IMG/VR virus record: IMGVR_UViG_3300045988_112560
Coordinates: 1 to 39,487 of that record
Length of the DNA: 39,487 bases
From: a virus
Direction: 5' to 3' (one strand)
Part shown: positions 20,221 to 29,754 of the stretch, piece by piece
Layout: every line of letters starts with the position of its first letter
How positions within the stretch are numbered: position 1 is the stretch's first letter
Notes under the pieces: generated by a model
The model's input: the letters and a program-made list of their open reading frames with translations, nothing else
Told to the model about the DNA's origin: nothing
Databases searched by the model: none
Translations under genes and position numbers: made by a program

Positions 20221-20823
20221 TTATCTCCTATCGGTGATGGTCTGTGTGACGTCGTTCAGAAATCTGGTTCTCGCCTGGGCGATTTCCGTCGCATGCTCTG
20301 AGAGCAGGGTGGCGAGGCTCGTGGCGTCCACGCCGGCGGGCAACCGTATCGACGGCTCCACCGGCTCGCCGGCGTTCGGTTCGTCCAACGCCCGCGCGGC
20401 GGCGAGAGCCGCGTCCGCCTCGTACGAGTCCACTATGGTCGTGGCATCCAAGCCCAACAGCCGGCGGGTCTCCGCACGCCCGTCGGCGGCCAGCGCCCCG
20501 TTCGCCTTGAACGCGCGGTGCAGTGATGCGGCGCGCACCTGATTCAGGTCGACGAGCACGTCATGCTCCAACTGCTCGTAGGCGCTCGTCCACGCGTTGC
20601 GACCTGACTCCGCGTCGATGACGCCGGGGTCGGCGACGCGTTTCGAGACATCGAGCATCATGGCCACGGTCTCCATGTCGGACGTGGTGCCGAGCAGCAG
20701 GCCCGTGGCGGCGATGTCCGTCAAATGGGTTCCCCATGCCGTGCCGCCGTCGATGCGCCCGTCCGGCGATGGTTCGCCGCTTCCCGGCAGGTCGATGAAG
20801 AGCCGGTCTCCGATGATTCGCAT
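20221..20823 (-). CDS. Tail-associated hypothetical protein (200 aa)
   Basis: ATG at 20823 with GGAGGA RBS. It lies directly downstream of the tail fibre gene. Confidence 0.6.
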   Translation of the reverse strand: MRIIGDRLFIDLPGSGEPSPDGRIDGGTAWGTHLTDIAATGLLLGTTSDMETVAMMLDVSKRVADPGVIDAESGRNAWTSAYEQLEHDVLVDLNQVRAASLHRAFKANGALAADGRAETRRLLGLDATTIVDSYEADAALAAARALDEPNAGEPVEPSIRLPAGVDATSLATLLSEHATEIAQARTRFLNDVTQTITDRR

Positions 20824-20833
20824 GGTTCCTCCA

Positions 20834-23800
20834 CTATTTCCTCAGGTATCCGAACATCGTGCACCAGATGTTGGTGCCGCCGCCGGGGAACATGCTGTAG
20901 CCGCCGACGTTCGCGGGCATCGACTGGACCATGATCTCGGCCCCACTGCTGCTCTCGTTGCAGGGGGCGCTGGTGCACAGAGCGTCGCCGGTGGCGTTGT
21001 TGACGCCGCCGACGATCTTGTAGCTGCCGTATCTCGGCGGCGTCCACGAGCCCTTGAACCGAAATACCATCCATGGGCTGATGTGGTGGGTCCCATCCCA
21101 GTACATCGACTGAAATGTGCCTCTGGACGCATAACTTCCCAAGAAACCTCCCATGTACAGGTATCCGCTGTCGATGTCGGCTTGGATGCCGACTCGGCCA
21201 TTGGGGTCCTGCGCGGCGAGCGTGGCGGTCGTGTCCCCGGTCTTGGGAGACCACAGAGTTAGGTAGGCGCGCTTTTTGCCGGTATCGGGCGAGTCATAGT
21301 CCTGATATGCGGCGAGGAACACGGTGCCGCCCTTGGTGGTGTTGTCGGAGCCCTTGCGTTCGCCGATTCTGGCGAACGCGCCGGGGTCGTTCCGCACGCG
21401 ACGCCCGCCGTTGAACGTGAGCGCGCTGACTTCGCCTTCCTGCTGCGTGGTGGACTCGACCGCGATGTACGGGTGCATGTATGCATTGGTCCCGTGGTAG
21501 AACTGGATGCCCGCGCCCTCCAGCTTATCCGAGCCCGTGACCTCGGACTGTTGGAACGAGGGGCTTATCATCACCCTGTTGCCCGACAGGCCGGTCTGGA
21601 ACGTGCCGGTCAGCAGGTTGTTCGCGCCCTCGCCGTCCAGATGCACGGTATGGTTCCGCTTCGAGTCCCACATGTCCAGCGCGTTGCCCCGCAGCTTCCA
21701 ACCCGTGTTGTCGGCGGTGCTGGACTGGACGACCGGCGCGTTGATGACGGTGCTGGTCATGACTCCCGCGTTGACGGTGGGCGCGGTCAGGGTGCCGTTG
21801 GCGAGTATGCCGCCGTCCATCTTCAGGTTGCCGTTGGTGTCCAGCGCGAATTTCGCGTTGCCCGAGGAATCGTAGCCGACGAGTCCGCCGCTGGTGAGCT
21901 TGACGCCCCTGTTCGCGGCGCCCGTGGTCTGTATGATCGAGCCGGTGACGGTCACGCCGGAGAGCGTGCTGCCGCTGGTCAGCGAGCCCTTCATGGTCAC
22001 GCTGCCGTCCATCGAACTCGCGTACAGGGTTATGCTCCCGTTGGCGTCCTTCAGCACGAGGCCGGCATCGTTCCACAGCATGCGCCCGTTCGTGGTCGTG
22101 ATCGTCGAACCGGTGACCTGGCTGGCCTTCACGGTGCCGACGAGGGTCACGCTGCCGGTGGCCGAGTCCGCCGCCAGCGTGCTGGTGCCGGAGGCGTTCT
22201 TCAGAACGATTCCCGCGTCGTTGATGGTCAGCCTGCCGTTCGTGGTCCTGTAGACGGCGCTGGTGATCGTGCCGCCCGTGATGGTCGGCGCGCTCATGCT
22301 CGCGTCCGACACGATCGGCGCGTCCATGGTCAGCTGCCATTTGCCGCTCGAATCGCTGGCGAAGCTCAGCAGGTGCCGGTTGCGGTAGCTGAATATGATG
22401 CCCGAGTCGGTGATGGTCACGTTGCCGCCCTCGGTGCGGTACGTGCCGCCGACGATGGTGCGGCCGTGGAAGAACTCCGCGTCCACAAGCTGCGCGGTGA
22501 TCGAGCCGGTGGCGATGATGTTGCTGGCGACGAGGTTGAACTCGTTCCACTGCGTGCCGTCGAACTGTCTCACGGCGGTGACGCGCGAGCTCAACGGCAC
22601 GAGCACGCTCGCACTGTCGTTCGCCGCGCCCTCCCAATACGTGTAGAAGTCCGCCAGCAGTGAGGTGCTGTTGTTCGCCTCGCCGAGCCAACGGGTCCAG
22701 TATTTCTGGGTTACGAACCAGAAGTCGCCGGCCCTCACCGTGTTCGACTTGTCGTTGCGCGGGTCGTCGGGCCCCTTGAAGATGGAGTGCATGCCGTCGG
22801 CGGTCTTCTGCGCGTTGACCGCGTTGTCGTAGGCGTCCTGGGCCTTCTTCTCGGCCTCGGCCAGCGCCTTGTCGGTGGCGGCCTTGTTCGCGTTGATCGT
22901 CTTGTTCGCCGCCGCGAGGTCGTCCGACACCTTCTTGGTGGCGGCGTCCTGCGCCTTGTCCACTGAGGCCTGCGCGTTCTTGTTGTCGGTGATGGCCTGC
23001 GCGTTCTTCGACACGTCGGCCCTTATCGCCGCGTCGGCCTTGTCCTGCGCCTCCTTGTTCGCCTCGATCCGCGCGCCGGTCTCGGTGAGTTTTTTGTCGA
23101 CCACGGCGACCTGCTGGGCCGCGTCGTTCTTCGCCGCCGCCAGAATCTGTTCGGCGCTCTTGTTCAGATCCTCCTGCGTGAGCACCGGGGCGACCTTGAC
23201 GCTGGCACCCGCGCTCCACGCCGACTTGTTGCCGGAATGATCGACGCTCCTGAGCGCGAACCACCATGTGCTGTTCAGTTCAAGCCCGGTCACATGGCAG
23301 TAGCCGTCACGCGCCACGCTATCCCGGTATTTCCAATTCCCGTTCGAATCGGAAATGCCGACCTCCACGTGGTCGAAGTCCAGCTCCATGCCGCCGCCGG
23401 CATTGTTCCTGCCGTCCCACTGCACGTCAACCACACCGAGCTTGCTGGTGAGGATAGGCTTGGACGGGATGCTCGGCGGCGTCACGTCCGACGCCACCAA
23501 AGCCACGACCACGTTCGACCAGTCGCCCAATTTGTCTGAATACGTTGGCACGGCCCTGACCCGGAACTCATAGCGTTGCCCGCATTCGAGCCCGCCGATG
23601 CCCAACGTGAGCCGCTGCGCGTCAGTCACGCCACCACTGACCCACGGGGCACCGGCAAGGTTCTTGCGATACTCCACGCGGTAGCCCGAAATGTCGATGG
23701 CCGTGTCATCCGTGGCCTGCGAAACCGCAGCCCACTGCAAGGTCGCCAGACCCAAAGCCGTACCACGGGAGGAGATATACGCGTCGGTCGCCACGACCAG

Positions 23801-25027
23801 ACCGGTCACGGCCTTCGGCGTGCGATGATCCTTCTCCGGAGCCGGGCGGCCGCCCTCGCTGCCGGCCAACGTTGCGCCACCGGTGATGCCCTTGATCTTC
23901 TTCGCCTGACGCACGGAAGCGTCATACTTGATGTCATTCAAAGCGATTGAGCAGGATAAGCCCTCATTCTGGCGCATGCTCAGGTCGATTTCCTGCACGC
24001 GCACCTTCTCGCCATGCGACACGGTGGGTGCGGTGATCCAGTCGCCGGCATGATAGTCGACGAGCGGTAGATCATCCACGCCGGAAGTCACCAAATCGCG
24101 CGTGTACTGGCCACGTACCCTCGCAGCATCAGCCAAAGTGCTCTGCATAAAGGCTTGAGCGGTGTCCTTGTCGGACACGCCGCCCTGCGAGCTATAGGAT
24201 TCCCACTTGCCCCACGGGGTCGGAGCAGCCGGATTATCCATGCGGAAAAGCAGATTATTGTCACCCTCGACGAGGATGGTGGACGCGAGATCGCTGATGC
24301 TTTCCTCGTATGGTGCCTCGCTGATATCGCGAGCAAGCTGGAGCACGACGCTCTCGCTCAGGTCACGGCTCAATGCCGTGCTGTCGGCGTTCCACATTTT
24401 CAACGTGCGCCCGCTGGTGCGCCAGTCGCAGCCGCCGCCGTTGACCAGCGAGCTGAGAATGGCCTGCAGGTCGGTGCCCAAGGAATAGTAAAGCGTGTAC
24501 TTCCTCGCCCACGCCGCGCCGCCCGCGTCCCTCGCCGTATCGAAGCCAAGCGACAGGCCGGTGGCCACGCCGCCACGCGCCTTGTTCTCGTCCAACAGCG
24601 TCTTGAGGATCACACCCGGATTCGACGAATAGAAGGGCCTCTTGCCCTTGTTGTCGCCGTCCGCGAGCAGATGGCTGGAATCGTTGTTCTCCGCCTTTGA
24701 CAGCAGCCAGCTGATCGACTGGCCGGAATAGGTGACGGTCTTGGTACGGTCGTCCGTCTTGCCGCTGCGCCCAGTGATGACATAGCGTGCATTATCCGGC
24801 TCACGATAACCGTTGCCGTCCGACACCTCCACGGCCACCTCAAGACCATCGGTAAGCTCTCTGTCGAACGCCTGGGCGTCACCGGACAACATCGAATATT
24901 CGATGCTGATCGCACCATCATCATCGTGGAGCATCGACGCGCTGAAGCTCACCGGCTCCGCCAATACGCCGATACGCGCGCCGAACGGCCTGTATGCCAC
25001 CAGACGAGCATGCAAAGACTTGCCCAT
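20834..25027 (-). CDS. Tail-associated fibre/Tal-like protein (1397 aa)
   Basis: The N-terminal domain is of the tail-tip type. It is followed by two FN3-like modules, a long Ala/Lys/Asp coiled coil, and repeated beta-helix-like units (GRLTINDAGIVLKNASG, GRMLWNDAGLVLKDANG, GVKLTSGGLVGYDSSGN). Confidence 0.75.
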   Translation of the reverse strand: MGKSLHARLVAYRPFGARIGVLAEPVSFSASMLHDDDGAISIEYSMLSGDAQAFDRELTDGLEVAVEVSDGNGYREPDNARYVITGRSGKTDDRTKTVTYSGQSISWLLSKAENNDSSHLLADGDNKGKRPFYSSNPGVILKTLLDENKARGGVATGLSLGFDTARDAGGAAWARKYTLYYSLGTDLQAILSSLVNGGGCDWRTSGRTLKMWNADSTALSRDLSESVVLQLARDISEAPYEESISDLASTILVEGDNNLLFRMDNPAAPTPWGKWESYSSQGGVSDKDTAQAFMQSTLADAARVRGQYTRDLVTSGVDDLPLVDYHAGDWITAPTVSHGEKVRVQEIDLSMRQNEGLSCSIALNDIKYDASVRQAKKIKGITGGATLAGSEGGRPAPEKDHRTPKAVTGLVVATDAYISSRGTALGLATLQWAAVSQATDDTAIDISGYRVEYRKNLAGAPWVSGGVTDAQRLTLGIGGLECGQRYEFRVRAVPTYSDKLGDWSNVVVALVASDVTPPSIPSKPILTSKLGVVDVQWDGRNNAGGGMELDFDHVEVGISDSNGNWKYRDSVARDGYCHVTGLELNSTWWFALRSVDHSGNKSAWSAGASVKVAPVLTQEDLNKSAEQILAAAKNDAAQQVAVVDKKLTETGARIEANKEAQDKADAAIRADVSKNAQAITDNKNAQASVDKAQDAATKKVSDDLAAANKTINANKAATDKALAEAEKKAQDAYDNAVNAQKTADGMHSIFKGPDDPRNDKSNTVRAGDFWFVTQKYWTRWLGEANNSTSLLADFYTYWEGAANDSASVLVPLSSRVTAVRQFDGTQWNEFNLVASNIIATGSITAQLVDAEFFHGRTIVGGTYRTEGGNVTITDSGIIFSYRNRHLLSFASDSSGKWQLTMDAPIVSDASMSAPTITGGTITSAVYRTTNGRLTINDAGIVLKNASGTSTLAADSATGSVTLVGTVKASQVTGSTITTTNGRMLWNDAGLVLKDANGSITLYASSMDGSVTMKGSLTSGSTLSGVTVTGSIIQTTGAANRGVKLTSGGLVGYDSSGNAKFALDTNGNLKMDGGILANGTLTAPTVNAGVMTSTVINAPVVQSSTADNTGWKLRGNALDMWDSKRNHTVHLDGEGANNLLTGTFQTGLSGNRVMISPSFQQSEVTGSDKLEGAGIQFYHGTNAYMHPYIAVESTTQQEGEVSALTFNGGRRVRNDPGAFARIGERKGSDNTTKGGTVFLAAYQDYDSPDTGKKRAYLTLWSPKTGDTTATLAAQDPNGRVGIQADIDSGYLYMGGFLGSYASRGTFQSMYWDGTHHISPWMVFRFKGSWTPPRYGSYKIVGGVNNATGDALCTSAPCNESSSGAEIMVQSMPANVGGYSMFPGGGTNIWCTMFGYLRK

Positions 25028-25033
25028 GATTAA

Positions 25034-25999
25034 CTACTCCCATGATTGCAAAAACCGGCATGTCACCTTGTCGGCGCCGCCGGTCTGTCTGATATCGAGC
25101 CGATAGTCGCCGGAATCGATCGCGGGCCACACCTGCAACGGTTCGGTGGTCCAGTCGACGCCATTCGACGCATCCGTACCACCGGACCATGCGTCGGCAT
25201 TGGCCGCCGTCCACGCCTTGCGGTTGGCCACATCGACGAAGAGGTAAGGTCGTGAGGCGTCACGCTGGCCGCCCCACATGAGATTCGTGCCACTCACCGG
25301 ATCCGAAATGGTCACACCAGTGACCGCGCCGAAACGGAGCACCAGCGTGGTGATCGGCGCGTCGGAAAGCCAGCCCTCGGGAATTCCCTCGGAGAGCGGC
25401 ACCAAGATGCTCGGACTGTTGTTCGGCGTTCCCTGCCAGTAGGTGTAGAAGTCCGCGAGCATGGACGGCGAATTGTTCTTCTCGCCTTTCCACCTCGTCC
25501 AATACTTCTGGGTGCTGGGCTTGACGCCGCCGGCCAGCAGAAGACCACCAGTCGCGGGAAGGACCTTCTCCTGCCACAACTCGCCACGCCAATACACGTC
25601 CGGCAGTTGGAACACGGCGGTCATGACGCGCAGGTCACGGAACGGGCGTTCGTCATCGTCCGGCTCGCAGCTCGTGCACACCGCTCTCGTGATCATGCTG
25701 CGCGAACTGCCGTCATCCAAGGTCTCCGTCTTACCTATCGTGAGCTTCGCGGCATGCAGGCACCGGGCGCGGAAACGCGAGATCAGCGCATCGGAATCCG
25801 CGCCCCACGCCGCGACCTTGATTGTCAGCTCCGGCGCGTCCAGCACCGGAATCGAGGAGCCTACGATGACGCCGTTGCGTCCGCTCACCTGCACCGTGTC
25901 GACGATCGGCGACAGAGACGTGTAATGCGTAGTGCCGACAAGCACGCGCATCCGTTCGGAGTCGAGCGGCTGGCCGTTGAGCGAATAGCTGACCTTCAT
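25034..25999 (-). CDS. Distal tail protein (Dit-like) with an inserted module
   Basis: It sits between the tape measure and Tal genes. GGAAGGA RBS. It carries the W-x-G-x-x-N-N-S motif pair also found in the fibre. Confidence 0.65.
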   Translation of the reverse strand: MKVSYSLNGQPLDSERMRVLVGTTHYTSLSPIVDTVQVSGRNGVIVGSSIPVLDAPELTIKVAAWGADSDALISRFRARCLHAAKLTIGKTETLDDGSSRSMITRAVCTSCEPDDDERPFRDLRVMTAVFQLPDVYWRGELWQEKVLPATGGLLLAGGVKPSTQKYWTRWKGEKNNSPSMLADFYTYWQGTPNNSPSILVPLSEGIPEGWLSDAPITTLVLRFGAVTGVTISDPVSGTNLMWGGQRDASRPYLFVDVANRKAWTAANADAWSGGTDASNGVDWTTEPLQVWPAIDSGDYRLDIRQTGGADKVTCRFLQSWE

Positions 26000-26014
26000 T
26001 CGGATTCCTTCCGA

Positions 26015-28876
26015 TTACCATTGCGGCATGGCCGCTGTCTGCAGCTTCTGCTGCGTGCTTATCGACGTCGGCGCTATGGCCGGATAGTTGAACGTCTGCG
26101 TGATGTTCGTCACGCTCCCACCATTGCCGTAGGCTGCGGCGTTAACGCCACGCGAGGCGTTGGCTACGCCGACGGAATACGAGGCGTCCTGCGACGGCAG
26201 GATGCCAGTCAGCCTTCCAGCCGCCTTCCTCACCTTCGAAGCGCTCTCGTCGATGCCGACGGCCATGCCCTCGCCGATCATCTCACCGACCTGATCGCGG
26301 AACACTCGAGACGGAGAATGGATGCCAAGCTTGCGTTTAACCCAGTTCAACGCGTTGCCCACGGCATCGGCCGCGGCCTGTACGAGGCTCCATGCGGCGT
26401 TCGCCACACCGGAGGCGATTCCTTTGATGATGTTGATGCCGACGTCGAGCCAGTTCACGCTGGTGAAAGCGTTCCAGACCTGGCTGATGATGCCCGGTAT
26501 CTGGCCGATCAGCTGCGGGATCGCGGAAACGAAGCCCTGGGCCAGGGATGACAGAATGCTGACGCCGGTCTGGATGATCTGCGGGAGGTGCGAGTAGATC
26601 GTGGAGACGAGCTGGACGATCATCGTCGGGATCTTCGAGATCAGGTTCGGCAACGCGTTGGCGAAGCCTTCGGCGAGTCCCTCGAGCAGTTTCAGTCCGG
26701 TGTCGATGATCTGCGGGAGGTTGTCGAGCAGGCCCTGGACCACGTTGAGCACGGCGTTGAATCCGATGGGCACGAGCTGCGGGAGCTGAGCCGCCAGTCC
26801 GTTGAACAGGGTCGTGATCACGGTCGTCGCGGTGGTTATGATCTGCGGGATGGCGTTGACGACGCCCTGCAGGAGCGTGGTGACCATGGTCAGTCCGGTC
26901 TGCAGGAACGTGGGCAGCGTGGCGGTGACCCATGTCTGGAATTGTGTGAGCAGCTGTGGCAGTCCGGTCTGAATCCACGTGGTCGCGCCGGTGATGACCA
27001 TGGTGCCGAGCTGTCCCAACGCTCCGAGCACGGGCGGAAGGATCTGCATGACCAGTGCCGGCAGGGTGCCGCCCAATGAGGAGAACAGTTGCGGCAGTGC
27101 GGCGGTGATGCCGGTGATGATCTGCGCGATGCGCGGACCCACGTTCTGGATGACCGTGCCGACCGAGTCTACCAGCTGCTTGGTCAATCCGTTGATGTCG
27201 GCATTGTCCTTGCCGAGTTCGGCGAGCCAGTTCTGCCATGCGGCCTTCATCATGCCGATGGAGCCCTCGATGGTTGTCGCGGCCTCCTTGGCGGTGGTGC
27301 CGCTGATGCCCATCTGCTGCTGCATGATGTGGATGGCCTGCACCACGTCGGAGAACTTGTCGATGGACAGGTCGCCCATCTCTCCGTTCGCCTGCTTGAC
27401 TTTGTTCGCGTCTTGGATAAGACGCTCCATCTCGGATTTGGTACCGCCGTATCCGAGCTTCAGGTTGTCGAGCATGGCGTAGTTGCCGCGCGCCAGACTC
27501 TGGTAGGTCTGTTGGATGGACTCGATGTCGGTGCCCATCTTGTTGGCGTTGTCCGACATGTCGACCATGGCGGTGTTGCCGAGTTCCGCGGCCTTCGCGG
27601 TGTCGCCGCCGAGCGAGCTGATCAGCGAGGCGGAAAAGCTCGTGACCTGCGTCATGTACTCGTTGGCGCTCACTCCGGCTGTCCGGTACGCTTCCGCAGC
27701 GTACTTCTGCACGGTTCCCGAAGCGTCCTTGAACAGCGTGTCCACGCCGCCGACGGCCTGCTCGTAGGTCGCGTATGCGTCGAGAGCGCTCTTGCCGACG
27801 CCGGCCAAAGCCGCGACGGCGGTGCCTACGCCTGCCAGTCCGACCGTGGCGACGCCCTTCAACGCGCCTACGGCCTTGCCGGACATGGAGCTGATCGCAT
27901 TCCACGCGGCGTCGGCTCCGCCCTTCAACGCTCCGGCCATCCGTGAGGCCACGGAGCTGGCGACGCCGGACATGCCTGAGAACACTCCGCTCGCCGCCGA
28001 TCCGACGTTGCGGAAATAACCGCCTATGCTGCCCACGGCATTCTTAAATGGTGCGGGAATCTTCGCGGCGATGCCGTTGATGCGCTGGCCGAGCCCGTAG
28101 GACAGGTCGTCGCCGAACTGTCGGGCGATGGCCGCGCCCTGTTTGAAGGGGCTGGCGACCTTGCCTCCCAACGCGGACGCCTTCGAGGCAACCTGGTCGA
28201 ACGCGCCGCGGGCGATGCCGCCGATCTTGCCGAACACGCCCGCCCCGTCGAGCATGGCCATGTCGGCGTTCGCCCAGCCGGCGCGCACTTTCTCGATCGC
28301 ACCCAACGCCGGGGCGGCCATCGCCCTGCCGAGGTTTCTGAACGCCGCTCCGAGCGAACCGGCTGTCTTCTCGCTGCTGGCGGCGAGATTGTCCTGCGCG
28401 TCCTTGAGCGCCTTCTGCGCATCCTTCAACCGGTTCTCGGACTGCGTTGCCCGGTCGGTCATGGTGGACAGCTTCAGCCGCGCCTGTTCGAGCCTGATGG
28501 TCGCGGCCTCGGCCTGCGTGCTGCCCTCGCCATGCTTGGCAATGGCATTGGCGACGCCCTCCTCGGCGGCACGCACCTGATTCGCCGCCGACTCCTGCTG
28601 GAGCATGGCCTGACGGTATGCGGCCGTGGATTTCGCCACGTCACGCTCGTAGGATTTCATTACATCAACGCTGAAATCGTTCGCCGACTGCCTGAAACCG
28701 TTTTTGAACGCGCGTCCGAACAGTCCGCCGCTCTTGCCGCCGTTCATGCTCGAATCGAAAGCCTTCGACGCGGCCTTGCCACTCGCGCCGACCTCCTTGT
28801 TGACCGCACTGCGAAAACCCCTCATCGAAGGGAAAACGCTGATGTGCGCGGAACCGAGTTCGCTGCCGAACGCCAT
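26015..28876 (-). CDS. Tape measure protein (953 aa)
   Basis: Assigned from size, Ala/Gly-rich helical composition, and position after the G/T chaperones. GGAGGTG RBS. Confidence 0.85.
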   Translation of the reverse strand: MAFGSELGSAHISVFPSMRGFRSAVNKEVGASGKAASKAFDSSMNGGKSGGLFGRAFKNGFRQSANDFSVDVMKSYERDVAKSTAAYRQAMLQQESAANQVRAAEEGVANAIAKHGEGSTQAEAATIRLEQARLKLSTMTDRATQSENRLKDAQKALKDAQDNLAASSEKTAGSLGAAFRNLGRAMAAPALGAIEKVRAGWANADMAMLDGAGVFGKIGGIARGAFDQVASKASALGGKVASPFKQGAAIARQFGDDLSYGLGQRINGIAAKIPAPFKNAVGSIGGYFRNVGSAASGVFSGMSGVASSVASRMAGALKGGADAAWNAISSMSGKAVGALKGVATVGLAGVGTAVAALAGVGKSALDAYATYEQAVGGVDTLFKDASGTVQKYAAEAYRTAGVSANEYMTQVTSFSASLISSLGGDTAKAAELGNTAMVDMSDNANKMGTDIESIQQTYQSLARGNYAMLDNLKLGYGGTKSEMERLIQDANKVKQANGEMGDLSIDKFSDVVQAIHIMQQQMGISGTTAKEAATTIEGSIGMMKAAWQNWLAELGKDNADINGLTKQLVDSVGTVIQNVGPRIAQIITGITAALPQLFSSLGGTLPALVMQILPPVLGALGQLGTMVITGATTWIQTGLPQLLTQFQTWVTATLPTFLQTGLTMVTTLLQGVVNAIPQIITTATTVITTLFNGLAAQLPQLVPIGFNAVLNVVQGLLDNLPQIIDTGLKLLEGLAEGFANALPNLISKIPTMIVQLVSTIYSHLPQIIQTGVSILSSLAQGFVSAIPQLIGQIPGIISQVWNAFTSVNWLDVGINIIKGIASGVANAAWSLVQAAADAVGNALNWVKRKLGIHSPSRVFRDQVGEMIGEGMAVGIDESASKVRKAAGRLTGILPSQDASYSVGVANASRGVNAAAYGNGGSVTNITQTFNYPAIAPTSISTQQKLQTAAMPQW

Positions 28877-28907
28877 GCGGCACCTCCACTATTCAGTTTT
28901 GTCCAAA

Positions 28908-29653
28908 TCAGTCCTCGTAGAGCGTCTGGAATACCGGGCTCATGCCCCTGGTCTGTTCGCGCAGCCGCTCACGCTCGGCCTTCTCCCTGTCCGCCAGCAA
29001 TCGTTTCGCAAGCGAATCGAAAGGTTTCGGATACTCGTCGCTGCCAAGCGCGTAGACGACCGGTATCTCACCCCACCGGGCCGGATAATCCAAGCCGTTG
29101 AGCTCCGCGCCCGTGTAGGTCGACGGATCGCCGACGAGCTGTTCGAGGAGCGCTATCGCGTCGCCGTAGCGGAGCCTGCCGCCAAGATCGGCCTGCAGAC
29201 TCCACCCACGCGCCGTGAAATCGGCTCGGATCACGCTCCCGTGGTCGGCGAGCTGGCGGGAGAACCATTGGATTTTCCCAGTGAGGCACCCTGCGCGCGA
29301 ACCACCGCGTCGCCATAGTCGGACAGGAGATTGAACACGACCTGCACCGGTTCGCCGTTCAGCGCTTTCGCCTGCTTGTCGCCTGCGAAGGCGCCCAGAA
29401 TACGTTTGAGCTGTTCCACGCTTTCCGTGTCATCGGACGTGTTCGACAGTCTGGTGAAATCGTCGATGCTCATCGACAATGGGAGCTTGTACGTGCGTCC
29501 GCCGGGCACGAGCGCCCAATACACATCGCCCTTGATGATGTGGCGCACCTTGTAGTTTTGCGCGATGGAGGCGAACGCCTCCTCGTCGTTTTTTTCCGTC
29601 CACTGGTCGAAATCCTCGACGGTCGGCTTGAAGTCGGTGGAAGTGGAAGTCAT
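28908..29653 (-). CDS. Tail assembly chaperone G-T fusion made by -1 programmed frameshift
   Basis: The -1 frame is open from the slippery site (LGK-IQWFSRQLADHGSVIRADFTARGW...) through to the stop at 28908. Confidence 0.7.
29231..29653 (-). CDS. Tail assembly chaperone (gpG-like)
   Basis: It lies between the major tail and tape measure genes. It ends ...SLGKSNGSPASSPTTGA and contains the slippery site. Confidence 0.75.
   Translation of the reverse strand: MTSTSTDFKPTVEDFDQWTEKNDEEAFASIAQNYKVRHIIKGDVYWALVPGGRTYKLPLSMSIDDFTRLSNTSDDTESVEQLKRILGAFAGDKQAKALNGEPVQVVFNLLSDYGDAVVRAQGASLGKSNGSPASSPTTGA
29273..29279 (-). promoter_or_regulatory. -1 slippery heptamer G_GGA_AAA (G/T frameshift)
   Basis: The minus strand reads CTG GGA AAA TCC in the gpG frame. 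Confidence 0.7.
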
Positions 29654-29754
29654 TGTCTTGTCCTATCTGCTTTTCGCCTGCCTGCGGTAAAAAAGGGTTC
29701 CCGGACCGCGCAGACAGGCGAGATAGGCGGTCCGGGAAGATTTTCGCCTGCCGG

